From the human T2T-CHM13v2.0 reference genome, Homo sapiens, in NCBI RefSeq assembly GCF_009914755.1, contig NC_060935.1: a stretch of DNA of 64,000 nt; one strand, 5' to 3'. The notes under the pieces are model-generated. The model ran no database searches, had not been told where the DNA came from, and saw only the letters and a program-made list of their open reading frames with translations. This document shows, one piece after another, positions 26,885-42,146 of the stretch. How positions within the stretch are numbered: position 1 is the first letter of the stretch; every line of letters begins with the position of its first letter. The position numbers were made by a program, and so were the translations under genes.

Positions 26885-29714
26885 TTTTCACCTCTGTGAG
26901 ATGAATGCACACATTATATAGAGGTTTCTGAGAAAGCTTTTGTCTAGTTTTTATGTAAAGATATTTACTTCTTCACCAATGACCTCAAAGTGCTCACAAT
27001 ATCCCTTTGCAGATTCTAGAAGAACAGAGTTTCCAAACTGCTCAATGATAAGAAACATTTACCTCTGTGAGACGAATGCAAAACTCACAAAGGAGTTTCC
27101 CAGAAATCTTTTTTTATGTGAAGATATTTCCTTTATCACCATCAGCCTAGAAACACTCACAAACGTCCCTTTGCAGAATCTCCAAGAACAGAGTTTCCAA
27201 ACTACTCAATAAAAAGAAACGCTTACCTCTGTGAGATGAATGCACCCATCACAAAGCAGTTTCTCAGAAAGCTTCTGTCTAGTTTTTATGTGAAGATAGT
27301 TCAGTTTTCACCATAGGCCTCATAGAGCCCCCAAATATCCCTTTGCAGATTCTATAAAAATACTTGCCAAAAGTCTCAATAAAAAGAATGGTTCAACTTT
27401 ATGAGATGAATGCACACATCACAAAGATGTTTTCAGAAAGTTTTGTTTAGATTTTAGCTGAAGATATTTCTTTTTCACCATAAGCTTCAGAGCCCTCACA
27501 AATATCCCTTTGCAGATTGTACAAGGACAGAATATCCAAACTGCTCAATGAAAAGAAATGTTTACATCTGTGAGATGAATGCACACATCACAAATCAGAT
27601 TCTCAGAAAGCTTCTTTCTAGTTTTTATTTGAAGATATTTCCTTTTTCACCATAGGCCTCAAAGCCCTACAAAATATCCCTCTGCAGATTCTAACAAAAC
27701 ACTGTTTCCAAACTGCTCAATCAAAAGAATGGTTGAACTCTATGACATGAATGCACACATCACAAACAAGTTTCTCAGAAAACTTCCATCTAATTTTTAT
27801 GTGAAGATATTTCCTTTTACACCATAGGCCTCAAAATGCTCACAAATATACATTTGCAAATTCCACAAAAAGGCATTTTCCAAACTGCTCAATCAAAAAA
27901 ATTTTTCAGCTCTTTGAGATGAATGCACACATCACAAAGAAGTTTCTCAGAAAGATTGTCTAGATATTTCCTTTTTCAACATAGGCCTCAAAGCACTCAC
28001 TAATATCCCTTTGAAGATTCTAGAAGAACAGAGTTTCCAAAGTGTTGAATGAGAAGAAACTTTTACCTCTGTGAGATGAATGCACAAATGACAGAGCACT
28101 TTCTCAGAAAGCTTCTTTGGAATCTTTATGGGAAGATATTTCCATTTTCACCATAGGACACAAAGCCCTCACAAGCAAGCCTCCCTTTGCAGTTTCTAAA
28201 AAAAAAACTGTTTCTAAACTGCTCAATGAAAAGGATGGTTTGACGCTGTGAGATGAATGCAAACATCATAAAGAAGTTTCTCATCAAGCCTCTATCTAGT
28301 TTCTATGTGAAGATATTTCCTTTTTCACCATAGACCACTGAGCACTCCCAAATATCCCTTTGTAGATTCTACAAAAAGACTGTATCAAAATTGCTCAATC
28401 AAAAGAGTGGTTCAACTCTGTGAGATGAATGCATATATCACAAAGACGTTTCTCAGAAACCTTCTGTCTAGTTTTTATGTGAAGATATTTCCTTTTTCAC
28501 CATAGGCCTCAAAGGACTCACAAACAAACGTTTGTAGATTCTACAAGAACAGAGTTTCCAAACTACTCAATGAAAAGAAATTTACCACTGTGAGATGAAT
28601 GCACACATCATAAATCAGTTTCTCAGAAAGGTTATTTCCATTTTTTAAGTGAAGACTTTCCCTTTTCACCATAGGCCTCAAAGCATTCCCAAATACCCCT
28701 TTGCAGATTTCACAGAAAGAGTGTTGCAAAACTGCTCAATCAAAAGAAAGGTTCAACTCTGTGAGATGAATGCACACATCACAAAGAAGTTTCTCAGAAT
28801 GCTTCTGTCTAGTTTTTATGTGAAGATATTTCCTTTTCCACCATAGGCCTCAAAGCATTCCCAAATATCCCTTTGCAGATTTCACAAAACGACTGTTTCC
28901 AAACTTCTCAATCAAAAGAAAGTTCTACTCTGTCAGATGAAAGCACACAACACAAAGAAGTTTCTCAGAAAGCTTCTGTCTACTTTTTATGTGAAGATAT
29001 TTCCTTTTTCACCATAGGCCTTAAAGTGCTCCCAGTTATCACTTTGCAGATTCTACAAAAAGACTGTTTACAATCTGCTCATTCAAAAGAATGGTTCAGC
29101 ACTGTGAGATGAATGCACATATCACAAAGAAGTTTCTCAGAAAGCTTCTGTCTAGTTTTTATGTGAAGATATTTCCCTTTTCACTGTAAACCTCAAAGCA
29201 CTCACAAATATCCCTTTGCAGATTCTACAAAAAGACTCTTTCTAAACTGCTAAATCAAGAGAATCATTCAACTCTGTGAAATGAATGCACACATCACAAA
29301 GAAGTTTCTCAGAAAGTCTGTCTAGTTTTTATGTGAAGTTATTTCCTTTTTCACCTTTGGTCTCAAAGCACTCACAAATATCCATTTGCAGCTTCTAGAA
29401 GGACAGAGTTTCCAAACTGCTCAATGAAAAGTAACGTTTACTTCTATGAGATGAATGGACACATCACAAAACAATTTCTCAGAAAGCTTTTATCTAGTTT
29501 TTATGTGAAGATATTTCCTTTTTCACCATAGACCTCAAAGTGCTTCCCAATATCCCTTTACAGGTTTTAGGAGGACAAAGTTTCCAAAGTGCTCATGAAA
29601 TCATGTGTTTACTTCTGTGCCATGAATGGACACACCACAAAGCAGTTTCTCAGAAAGCTTCCTTCTAGTTTTTATGTGAAGATGTTTCCTTTTTCACCAC
29701 AAGTTTCAAAGCAA

Positions 29715-32700
29715 TTTTTGTGAGCACTTTTAGGCCTACAGTGATTAAGGATAGATCCTCATAGAAAAACTAGACACAAGGTTTCTGAGAAACTTCTTTG
29801 TGATGTGTGTGTTCTTCTCACAGGCTTGAACCGTTCTTTTGATTGAGCAGTTCCTAAACAGTCTTTTTGTAGAGTCTGCTAAGGGATATTGGGGAGCGCT
29901 TGGAGGCCTAAGGTGAAAAAGTAAGTATCTTCACATTAAAAGTAGAAAGAAGCTTTCTGAGAAACTGCTTCATGATGTGTCCATTCATCTCACAGAGGTA
30001 AACATTAGTTTTCAGTGAGCAGTTTGGAAACTATGTTCCTCTAGGATCTGCAAAGGGATATTTGTGAGCACTTTGAGGTCTATGGTGAAAGAGGAAATAT
30101 CTTCACATAAAATCTAGACAGAAGCTTTCTGAGAAACTTTGTGATGTGTGCATTCATGTCACAGAGTTGAACAATCACTTTGATTGAGCAGTTTGGAAAC
30201 CATCTTTTGGTAGAATCTGCAAAGGCATATTTGTGAGCACTTTGAGTCCTATGGTGAAAAAGGAAATATCTTCACATAAAAACTAGAAAGAAGGTTGCTG
30301 AGATACTGCTTTGCGTGTTTGCATTCATCTCACAGAGATATACTTTTTTTTCATTGAGCAGTTTGGAAAATCTGTTCTTGTAGAATGTGCAAAGGGATAT
30401 TTCTGAGTGCTTTAATGCCTATGGTGAAAAAGGAAATATCTTCACATAAAAACCAGGCAGAAGCTTTCTGAGAGACTGGTTTGTGATGTGTGCATTCATC
30501 TAACAGAGTTAAATGTTTCTTTTCATTAAGCACTTTGGAAACTCTGTTCTTCCAGTATCTGCAAAGAGATATTTGTGAGCGCTTTGATGCCTATGGTGAA
30601 AAAGGAAATATCTTCACATAAAAATTACACAGAAGCTTTCTGAGAAAGTTCTTTGTGATGTATGCATTCATCTCACAGTGTTGAAACATTCTTTCAATTG
30701 AGCACTTTGGAAGGCATCTTTTTGTAGAATCTGCAAAGGGATATTTTTGAGTCATTTGAGGCTTATGCTGAAAAAGGAAATATCTCCACATAAAAACTAG
30801 CCAGAAGTTTTCTGAGAAACTGCTTTGTAATGTGTGCCTTCATGTCACGAGTGGAATGATTATTTTGATTGAGCAGTGTGGAAACATTCTTTTTGTAGAA
30901 TCTGCAAAGGGATATTTGTGATCGCTTTGAGGCCTATGGTGAAAAATGAAATATCTTCACATAAAAACTAGACAGAATGTTTCTGAAAAACTGCTTTCTA
31001 ATGTGTGCCTTAATTTCACAGATTTGAACCATTATTTTGATTGAGCAGTTTGGAAACAATCTTTTTGTAGTATCTGCAAAGGGATATTTGTAAACGCTTT
31101 GAGGCCTATGGAGAAAATGGAAATATCTTCACATAAAAACTAGACAGATTCTTTCTGAGAAACTGCTTTGTGATGTGTGTATTCATCTCACAGATTTGAA
31201 CCTTTCTTTTGATTGAGCAGTTTGGAAACAGTCTTTTTGTAGAATGTCCTAGGGGATATTTGTGAGCCCTTTGAGGCTTATGGTGAAAAAGGTATTATCT
31301 CCACATAAAAACTAGACAGAAGCTTTCTCAAAACTGCTTTGTGGTCTGTGCATTCATCTGACAGTGTTGAACCATTCTTTTGATTGTGCAGTTTGGGAAC
31401 TCTGTTCTTGTAGAACCTGCAAACAAATATTTGTGAGCACTTGGAGGCCCATGGTGAAAAAGGAAATATCTTCATGTAAAAACTAGGCAGAAGCTGTCTG
31501 AGAAACTACTTTGTAATGTGTGCATTCATCACAGAGAGTTGAAACATTCTTTTAATTGAACAGTTTGGAAACACTGTTTTTGTAGAACCTGCAAAGGTAT
31601 ATTTGTAAGCACTTTGAGGCCTATGGTGAAAAATAAAATGTCTTCACATAAAAACTAGAAAGAAGGTTTCTGAGAAACTACTTGGTGATGAGGGCATTCA
31701 TCTCACAGAGTTGAACCATTCTTCTGATTCAGCAGTTTGAAAACAGTCTTTTTGTAGGATCTGCAAAGGGATATTTTTGGACGCTTAGTGGCCTATGGAG
31801 AAAATGGAAGTATCTTCACATCAATCCGAGAAAGAAGCTTTCTGAGAAACTGCTTTTTGATGTGTGCATTCAACTCACAGAGTTGAATTCTTCGTTTGAT
31901 AGAACAGTTTGGAAACAGTCTTCTTGCAGAACCTGCAAAGGGATATTTGTGAGCACTTTGAGTCGCATGGTGAAAAAGGATTTATCTTCACATAAATACT
32001 ATACAGAAGATTTCTGAGAAACTTCTTTGTGATGTGTGCATTCAACTCACAGTGATGAACAATGCTTTTGATTGAGCAGTTTGGAAACAGTCTTTTTGTA
32101 GAATCTGCAAAAGGATATTTGTGGAACGCTTTGAGGCCTATGGTGAAAATGGAAACATCTTCACATAAAAACCAGAAAGAAGCTTTCTGAAAAACTGCCT
32201 TGTGATGTGTCCATTCACCTCACTGAAGTAAACGTTTCTTTTCATTCAGCAGTTTGGAAACTCTGTTCTTCTATAATCTATGAAAGTATATTTTAGAGTG
32301 CTTTGAGGCCTATGGTGAAAAAGGAAGTATTTTCACATAAAAAGAAGACAGAAGCTTTCTGAGAAAATTCTTTGTGATGTGTGCATTCATGTCACAGACT
32401 TGAAACATTCTTTTGATTGAGCAGCTTGGAAACAGTCTTTCTGTAGAATCTGCAAAGGGATATTCATAGGTTCTTTGAGGCCTTTTGTGAAAAAGGAAAT
32501 ATCTTCACATATAAACTAGACAGAAGCTTTCTGAGAAACTTTTTTGTGATGTGTGCATTCATCTCACAGAGTTGGACAATATTTTTGATTGAGCAGTATG
32601 GAAACAGTCTTTTTGAAGAATCTGCAATGGGGTATTTTTGAGTGCTTTGAGGCCCATGGTGAGAAAGGAAATGCCTTCATATAAAAACAATAAAGAAGTT

Positions 32701-35700
32701 TTATATCAAACTGCTTAGTGAAGTGTGCAATCATCTCACAGAGGTAAACATTTCTTTTCATTGAGCAGTATGGAAACTCTGTTCTTGTAGAATCTTCAAA
32801 GGGATATTTGTGAGTGATTTGAGGCCTATTGTGGAAAAGGAAATATGTTCACATAAAAACTAGAAAGAAGCTTACTGAGAAACTGCTTTGTGTTGTGTCC
32901 ATTCATGTCAGAGAAGGAAACGTTTCCTTTCATTGAGCAGTTTGGAAACACTGTAATTCTAGAATCTGCAAAGGGATATTTGTGAGTGCTTTGAGGCCTA
33001 TGATGAAAAAGGAATAATCTTCTCATAAAAACCAGACAAAAACTTCTGAGAAACTTCTTTGTGATGTGTGCATTCATCCCACAGGGTTGAACCATACTTT
33101 TGATTGAGCAGTTTGGAAACATTCTTTTTGTGGTATCTGAAAAGGGATATTTGTGCAACCCTTGAGGCCTATGGTAATAAAGGAAATATCTTCACATAAA
33201 ACTATCAAGGAGCTTTCTGAGAAACTGCTTTGTGATGTGGGCATTCACCTCACAGAGGCAAATGTTTCTTTGCATTGATCAGATTGGAAACTCTGTTCTT
33301 GTAGAATCTGCAAAGAGATATTTGTGAGTGCTTTGAGGCCTAGGTTGAAAAAGTATATATCTGAACAAAAACTATATGGAAGGTTTCTGAGAATCTTCTT
33401 CATGATGTATGCACTCATCTCACAGAGTTGATCCAGTCCTTTGATTGAGCAGTTTGGAATCAGTCTTTTTGTAGAATCTGCAAAGTGATATTTGTGAGCC
33501 CTTTGAGGCCTACAGTGAAAATGGAAATATCTTCACATAAAACGTAGACACAAGGTTTCTGAAAAACTGCTTTGTGATGTGTGCATTCATCTCACAGAGG
33601 TAAATGTTTCTATTCATGGAGGAGATTGGGAAATCTGTTCTTGTAGAATCTGCAAAGGGATATTTGTGAGTGCTTTCAGGCCTCTGGTGAAAAAGGAAAT
33701 ATCTTCACATGAAAACTAGATAGAAGTTTTCTCAGAAACTTCTTTGTGATGTGTGCATTCATCTCATGGATCTGAACATTTCTTTTGATTGAGCAGTTTG
33801 GAAAAGGTCTTTTTGTAGAACCTTCAAGGGGATATTTGTGAGCTGTTTTAGGCCTAGGGTGAAAAAGGAAATATCATCACATAAAAACTAGACAGAAGCT
33901 TTCTGAGAATCTTCTTTGTGAATTTTGCATTCATCTCACAGAGTTGAACCTTTCTTTTGATTGAGCACTTTGGAAACTTTTTTTTTTTTTAGAATCTGGA
34001 AAGTGATATTGGTGAGCCCTTTGAGGACTATGGTGAAAAAGAAAATAGCTTCATATAAAAACTAGAAAGAAGGTTTCTGAGAAACTGCTTTATGATGTGC
34101 ATATTCATCTCACAGAGGTAAACATTTCTTTTCATTGAGCAGATTGGAAACTCTGTTCCTGCAGAATCTGCAAAGGGATAATTGTGAGCAGTTTGAGGCC
34201 TATGGTGAAAAAAGAAGTATCTTCACATAAAAACTAGACAGATTCTTTCTGAGAAACTTCTTTGTAATGCAGGTACTCATTTCACAGAGTTTAAAGTTTC
34301 TTTTGATTGAGCAGTTTAAAAACAGTATTTTTGTAGAATCTGCAAAGGGATATTTGTGAGCAGTTTGTGTCCTATGGTGAAAAAGGAAATATCCTCACAT
34401 AAAAACTAGACAGACTGTTTCTGAGAAACTTCTTGTGAAGTGTGCATTCAAGTCACAGAGTTGAAACTCACTTTTGATTGAGTAATTTGGAAGCAGTCTT
34501 TTTGTACAATCTGCAAATAGATATTTGTGAGCAGTTTGAGGCCTATGGTGAAAAAAGAAATATGTTCACAAAAAAAACGAGGCAGAAGCTTTCTGAGAAA
34601 CTTCTTTGTGATGTGTGTATTCATTTCACAGAGTTGAACCTTTCTTTTGATTGAGAAGTTTTGAAACAGTCTTTTTGTAGATTCTCCAAGGGGATATTTG
34701 TGAGCAGCTTGTGGCCTATGGTGAAAAAGGAAATATCTTCACATTAAAACTAGACAGAAGCATTCTGAGAAACGTCTTTGTGATGTTTGCATTCATCTCA
34801 CAGAGGTAAATGTCTGTTTTCATCGAGCAATTTGGAAACTCTCTTTTTGTAGAATCTGAAAAGGGATATTTGTGAGCATTTTGAGACCTATGGTGGAAAA
34901 GGAAATACCTTCACATAAAAACTAGGCAGAAGCTTTCTGAGAAATTTCTTTGTGATATGTGCATTCATCTCAAGAGTTGAAACATTTTTTTGATTCAGCA
35001 GTTTGAAAAACATCTTTTTTAGGATCTATAAAGGGATATTTGTGAGCACTTTGATGCCTATGGATAAAAAGCTGATATCTTCACATAATAACTAGATTGC
35101 AGTTTGTGAGCAACTTCTTTGTGATGTTTGTATTACTACCACACAGTTGAACTATTCTAATTATTGAGCAGTTTGGAAACTGTCTTTTTGCAGTGTCTGC
35201 AAAGGCATATTTGTGAGTGCTTTGAGGCCTATGTTGAAAAAGGAAACACCTTGACATGAAAAAAGAAATAAGGTTTCTGAGAAACTGCTTAGTTATGTGT
35301 GTATTCATCTCACAGAGGTAAACGTTTCTATTCATGGAGCACATTGGAAACTCTGTTTCTCTAGAATCTGCAAAGAGATACTCGTGAATGCATTGAGGCC
35401 TAGGGTCAAAAAGGAAATATCTTCACATAAAAATTAGACAGAAACATTCTGAGAACTTCTTTATGATGTGTGCATTCATCTCACAGAGATGAACCATTCT
35501 TTTGGTTGATTAGTATGGAAACAGTGTTTTTGTAGAATCTGCAAAGGGATATTTGTGAGTGCTTTGAGGCCTACGGTCAAAAAGTAAATATCGTCACACA
35601 AAAACTAGAAAGAAGGTTTCTGAAAAACTAGAAAGAGGTTTTCTGAGAAACTGCTTTGTGATGTGTCATTCATCTCAAAGAGGTAAATGTTTCTTTTCAT

Positions 35701-38700
35701 TGAGCAGTTTGGAAACTCGGTTCCTCTCGAATCTGCAAAGGGATATTTGTGAGCACTTTGAGTCCCATGGTGAAAAAGGAAATATCTTCACATAAAAAGT
35801 AGAAAGAAGCTTTCTGAGCAACTGCTTTGTGATGTGTCAATTCATCTCACAGTAGTAAATTTTCCTGTCATTGAGCAGTTTGGAATTTCTGTCCTTCTAG
35901 AATCTGCAAACGGATATTTGTGAGCACTTTGAGGCCTATGGTGAAAAATGAAATATCTTCTCATAAAAACTAGACAGAACCATTCTGAGAAATATCTTTG
36001 GGATGTGTGCATTCATCTCACAGGGATGAAACATTCCTTTGATTGAGCAGTTTGGAATCAGTCTTTTTGTAGAATATGCAAAGAGATATTCATGAGCACT
36101 TTGAGGCCTATGGTGAAAAAGGAAATATCTTCACATAAAAACTGGAAAGAAGATTTAATGCAGACTGCTTTCTGATGTGTGCATTCATCTCACAGTCTTG
36201 AAACATTCTTTTCATTGAGCAGTTTTGAAACTCTTTTCTGGTAGAATCTGCAAAGGGATATTTGTGAGTGCTTTGAAGCATATGGTGAAAAAGGAAATGT
36301 CTTCACATAGAAACTGGACAGAAGCTTTATGAGAAACTGCTTTGTGATGTGTCCATTCATTTCATAGAAGTAAACGTTTCCTTTCATTGAGCAATTTGGG
36401 AACTCTGTTCTTGAAGAATCTGCAAAGGGATATTTGGGAGCTCTTTGAGGCCTATGGTGAAAATGGAAATATCTTCACATAAATACCATATATAAGTTTT
36501 CTGAGAAACTTCTTTGTCACGCGTGCATTCATCTCACAGAGTTGAACCATTCTTTTGATGGAGCAGTTTGGAAACAAATCTTTTTGTAGAATCTGCAAAG
36601 GTATATTTTTGAGAGCTTTGAGGCCTATGGTGAAAAGAAATATCTTCTTAAAAAAACTAGACAGAAACTTTCTGAGAAACATCTCCTGTTATGTGTGTAT
36701 TCATCTCACAGGATTGAACCATTCTCTTGATTGAGCAGTTTGGAAACAGACTTTTTGTGGTATCTATGAAGGGATATTTGGCAGCACTTTGAGGCCTATG
36801 GTGAAAAAGGAAATATCTTCACATAAAAAATACAAAGAAGCTTTCTGAGAAACTGCTTTGTGATATGTGTGTTCATCTCACAGAGTTGAACCATTTTTTC
36901 ATTTAGCAGTTTGGAAACTCTGTTCTTCTAAAATCTGCAAAGGCATGTTTTTGAGCTCTGTGAGGCCTATGGTGAAAAAGGAAATATCTTCAAATAAAAA
37001 CCAGAAAGAAGCTTTCTGAGAAACTGCTTTGTTATGTGTGCATTCACCTCACAGAGTTGAAACATTATTTTCATTGAGGAATTTGGAAACTCTGTTTTTG
37101 TAAAATGTGCAAAGGTATATTTTGAGTACTTTGAGGCCAATGGTGAAAAATTAAATATGTTCCCATAAAAACTAGACAGAGGCTTTCTGAGAAACTTTTT
37201 TGTGATGTGCACATTCATCTCACAGAATCGAACCATTCTTTTGATTCAGCATTTTGGGGACAGTCTTTTTGTAGAATCTGCAAAAGGATACATGGGAGCA
37301 CTTTGAGTCCTATTGTGAAAATGGAAATAACTTCACATAAAAACTAGAAAGAAGCTTTCTGAGAAACTGCTTTGTGGTGTGGCCATTCATCTCACAAAAA
37401 TAAAGGTTTTCTTTCATATAGCAGTTTGTAAAGTCTGTCCTTCTAGAATCTGCAAAGGGATATTTGTGAGCGCTTTGAGGCCTATGGTGAAAAAAGAAAT
37501 ATCTTCATGTAAAAACTAGAAAGAAGGTTTCTGAGAAACTGCTTTGTTATGTCTGTGTTCATCTCACAGAAGTAAAAGTTTCTTTTCTTTGAGCAGTTTG
37601 GAATCTCTGTTCTTCTATAATGTGCAAAGCAATATTTGTGAGTGATATGAGTCCTATGGTGAAAAAGGGAATATCATCACAAAAAAATTAGAAAGAAGCT
37701 TTCTGAGAAGCTACTTTGAGATGTGTACATTCATCTCAAACAGTTGAACCATTCACTTGATTGAGCAGTTTGGAAACATCTTTTTGTGGAATCCAAAAAG
37801 GGATATTTGTGAGCACTTTGAGGCCTATGATGAAAAAGGAAATGTCTTCACATAAAAACTAGACAGAGAAACTTCTTTGTGATGTGTGCATTCATCCCAC
37901 AGAGGTAAACGTTTCCTTTCATTGAGCAGTTTGCAAACTCTGTTTTTGCAGAATCTGCAAAGGGATATTTGTGAGTGCTTTCAGGCCTACGGTGAAAAGG
38001 GAAATGACTTCACATAAATAATAGAAAGAAGGTTTCTGAGAAACTGTTTTGTGATGTGTGCATACATCTCACAGAGGTAAAGGTTCCTTTTCATTGAGCA
38101 CTTTGGAAACTCCCTTCTTGCAGAATCTGCAAATGTATATTAGTGAGTGCTTTGAGGCCTATGGTGAAAAAGGAAGTATATTCACATAAAAATTAGAAAG
38201 AAGGTTTCTGAGAAAGTACTTTGTGAGGTGTGCATTCATCTCACAGTGGCAAACGTTTCTTTTCTTGGAGTAATTTGGAAACTCTGTTTCTCTAGAACCT
38301 GCAAAGGGATATTTCTGAATGCTTTGAGAGCTATGTTGAAAAAAGATATACCTTCTCATAAAAACTAGACAGAAACTTTCTGAGAAACTTCTTAGATGTG
38401 TGCATTCATCTCACAGTGTTGAACCATTCTTTTGGTTCAACAGTTTGGAAACAGTCTTTTTGTAGTATCTGCAAAGGGACATTTGTGAGCGCTTTGAGGT
38501 CTATGGTGAAAAAGGAAATATCTTCACATAATAAGGAGAAAGAAGGTTTCTGAGAAACTGCTTTGTGATGTGTGCATTCATCTCACCGAGGTAAACGTTT
38601 GTTTTCCTTGGTCCATTTGGAAACTGTGTTCTTGTAGCATCTGCAAAGGGATATTTTTGAGTGCTTTGAGGCCTAAGGTGAAAAATGAAATATCTTCACA

Positions 38701-41700
38701 TAAAAACTAGACCGAAGGTTTCTCAGAAACTTCTTTGTGAAGTGTCCATTCATCTCACAGAGTTGAACCTCACTTTTGATTGAGCAATTTGGAAACAGTC
38801 CTTTTGTACAATCTTCATAGGAATATTTGGGAGAGCTTTGAGGCCTATGGTGAAAAGGGAAATATCTTCACATAAAAGCTAGAAAGAAGCTTTCTGAGAA
38901 ACTGTTTTGTATTGTGTCCATTCATCTCAGAGAAATAAACATTTCCTTTCATTGAGCAGTTTGGAAATTCTGTCCTTCTAGAATCTTCAAAGGGATATTT
39001 TTGAGCACTTTGAGGACTACGGTGAAAAAGGAAATATTTTCACATAAAAGCTAGAATGAAGCTCTTTGAGAAACTGTTTTGTGTTGTTTCCATTCATCTC
39101 AGAGAAGTAAACGTTTCCTTTCATTGAGCAGTTTGGAAATTCTGTCCTTCAAGAATCTGCAAAGGGACATTTCTGAGCACTTTGGGGCCTATGGTGAAAA
39201 AGGAAATATCTTCCCATAAAAACTAGACAGAATCTTTATGAGAGACTGCTTTGTGATGTATGCATTCAACTCCCAGAGTTGAAACATTCTTTTGATTGAG
39301 CATTTTGGAAACAGTCTTTTTGCAGAATCTGCAAAGGGAAATTTGTGAGCGCTTTGAGGCCTTTGGAGAAAAAGGAAATGTATTCACAGAAAAACTTGAA
39401 AAAAAGCTTCTGGTAAACTGTTTTGTAATGTGTACAATCATTTCACAGAGATCAGTGTTTCTTTTCATTGAGCAGCTTGGAAACTCTATTGTTGTAGAAT
39501 CTGCAAACGGATATTTTTCAGTGCTTTGATGCCTGTGTTAAAAAAGGAAATATCCTCACATAAAAAATGACAGAAAATTTATGAGAAACTTCTTTGTGAT
39601 GTGTGCATTTATGCCACAGAATTGAACCATTTTATGATTGAGCAGTTTGGAAACAGTCTTTTTGTGGAATCTAAAAAGAGATATTTATGAGCGCATTGAG
39701 GCCTACGGTAAAAAAGGAAATATCTTCACATAAAAACTAGCAAGGAGCTTTCTAAGAAACTGCTTTGTGATGCGTGAATTCATCTCACAGAGGTAAATGT
39801 TTCTTTGCATTGAACAGTGGAAACTCTGTTCTTGTAGAATCTGCAAAGTGATATTTGTGAGCGCTTTGAGGCCTATGGTGAAAAAGGAAATATCTTCAGA
39901 AAAACTAGACAGAAGCTTTCTGAGAATATTCTTTGTGATGTATGCATTTGTCTCACAGAATTGAATGACTCCTTTGATTGAGCAGTTTGGGAACAGTCTT
40001 TTTGTAGAATCTGCAAAGGGATATTTGTGAGCCCTTTGAGGACTATGGTGAACAAGTAAATATCTTCTCATAACTAGACAGAAGGTTGCTGAAAAACTAC
40101 TTTGTGATGTGTGATTCATCTCAAAGAGGTAAACGTTTCTTTTCATTGAGCAGATAGGAAACCCTGCTCTTGTAGAATCTGCAAAGGGATATTTGTGAGT
40201 GGTTTCAGGCCTATGGTGAAAAAGGAAATATCTCCACATAAAAACTAGACAAGTTGTGAGAAACTTGTTTGTGATTGCTGCATTCATCTCACACAGTTGA
40301 ACCTCACTTTTGATTGAGCAGTTTGGAAACAGTCTTTCTGTAGAATGTGGAAACGAATATTTGAGAGCAGTTTGAGGCCTATGGTGAAGAAGGAAATATC
40401 TTCACATAAAAACTAGACAGAAACTTCCTGAGAATCATCTTTGTGATGTGTGCATTCATCTCACAGAGCTGAAGATTTCTTTTGACTGAGCACTTTGGAA
40501 ACAGTTTTTTTTTTTTTTTGCAATCTGCAAAGGGATATTTGTGAGCCCTTTGAGGAATATGGTGAAAAAGGAAATAACTTCACATAAAAACTAGAAAGAA
40601 GGTTTCTGAGAAACTGCTTTGTGATGTGTACATTCATCTCACAGAGGTAAACTTTCCTTTTCATTGAGCAGAATGGAAACTCTGTACCTGTAGAATCTGC
40701 AAAGGGATAATTGTGAGCACTTTGAGGTCTAAGGTGAAAAAAGAAATACCTTCACATAAAAACTAGACAGAAGCTATCTAAGAAACTATTTTGTGATTCG
40801 TGCATTCGTCTCACAGAGTTGAAAGTTTCTTTTGATTGAGCAATTTGGAAACAGTCTTTCTGTAGAATCTGCAAAGGCATATTTGTGAGCGGTTTGAGGC
40901 CTATGGTGAAAAAGGAATTATCTTCACATAAAAACTAGACAGAAGCTTTCTCAGAAATTTCTTTGTTATGTGTGCATTCATTTCACAGAGTTGCAACTTT
41001 CTTTTGATTGAGCAGTTTGGAAACAGTCTTTTTGTAGAGTATGCAAAGGGATATTTTTGAGTGCTTCAAGGCCTATGGTGAAAAATGAAATATCTTCACA
41101 TAAAAAGTATGGAGAAGCCTTCTGAGACACTACTTTGAGATGTGTGCATTCATCTCAGACAGTTATAACTTTCTTTTCATTGAGCAATTTGGAAACAGTA
41201 TTTTTGTTGAATCTGCAAATGGATATTTGTGAGCAGTTTGAGGCATATGGTGAAATAGGAAATATCTTCACATAAAAAGTAGACAGAAGCTTCCTGAGAA
41301 ACTTCTTTGTGATGTGTGGATTCATCTCACAGAACTGAAATTTTCTTTTCATTGAGCAGTTTGGAAACAGTCTTTTTGTAGAATCTTCAAAGGGATATTT
41401 GTCAGCAGTTTGAGGCCTATGGTGAAAAAGGAAATATCTTGACATAAAATTAGACAGAAGCTTTCTGAGAAACTTCCTTGTGATGTGTGCATTCATCTCA
41501 CAGAGGTAAACGTTTCTTTTCACTGAGCAGATTGGAAACTCTGTCCTTGTAGAATCTGCACAGGGATAATTGTGAGCAACTTGAGGCCTATGGTGAAAAA
41601 TGAAATATCTTCACATAAAAACTAGACAGATGCCTTCTGAGAAACTACTTTGTGATGCATGCATTCATCTCACAGAGGTGAACATTTCTTTTGATTGAGT

Positions 41701-42146
41701 AGTTTGGAAACAGTCTTTTTGTAGAATCTGTAAAGGGATATTTGTAAGTGGTTTGAGGCCTATGGTGAAAAACAAAATATCATCACATAAAAACTAGACT
41801 GAAGTTTTCTGAGTCAATTCTTTGTGATGTGTGAATTCATCTCACAGAGTTCAAACTTTCCTTTGATTCAGCAGTTTGGGGTCAGTCTTTTTGTAGGATC
41901 TACAAAGGGATATTTTTGAGCCCTTTGAGGCCTATGGTGAAAAAGCAAGTATCTTCACATAAAAACTGCACACAAGGTTTGTGAGAAACTGCTTTATGGT
42001 GTGTGCATTCATCTCACAGAAGTAAAGGTTTCTTTTCATTGAACACATTGGAAACTCTCTTCTTGTAGAATCTGCAAAGGGATATTTGTGAGTGCTTTGA
42101 GGTCTATGGTTGAAAAGAAATATCTTCACAGAAAAACTAGACAGAA
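29715..42146 (+). repeat. Alpha satellite second layer, + orientation
   Basis: Monomers read GATATTTGTGAGYRCTTTGAGGCCTATGGTGAAAAAGGAAATATCTTCACATAAAAACTAGACAGAAG. Confidence 0.96.

Larger units (their letters stand above)
22121..29714 (-). repeat. Alpha satellite, second layer (monomeric, M1/V1-like tentative), - orientation
   Basis: Diagnostics change to CTGCTCAATCAAAAG, TTTTATGTGAAG and CTGTCTAG; period ~172 bp; no CENP-B box seen. Confidence 0.94.
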
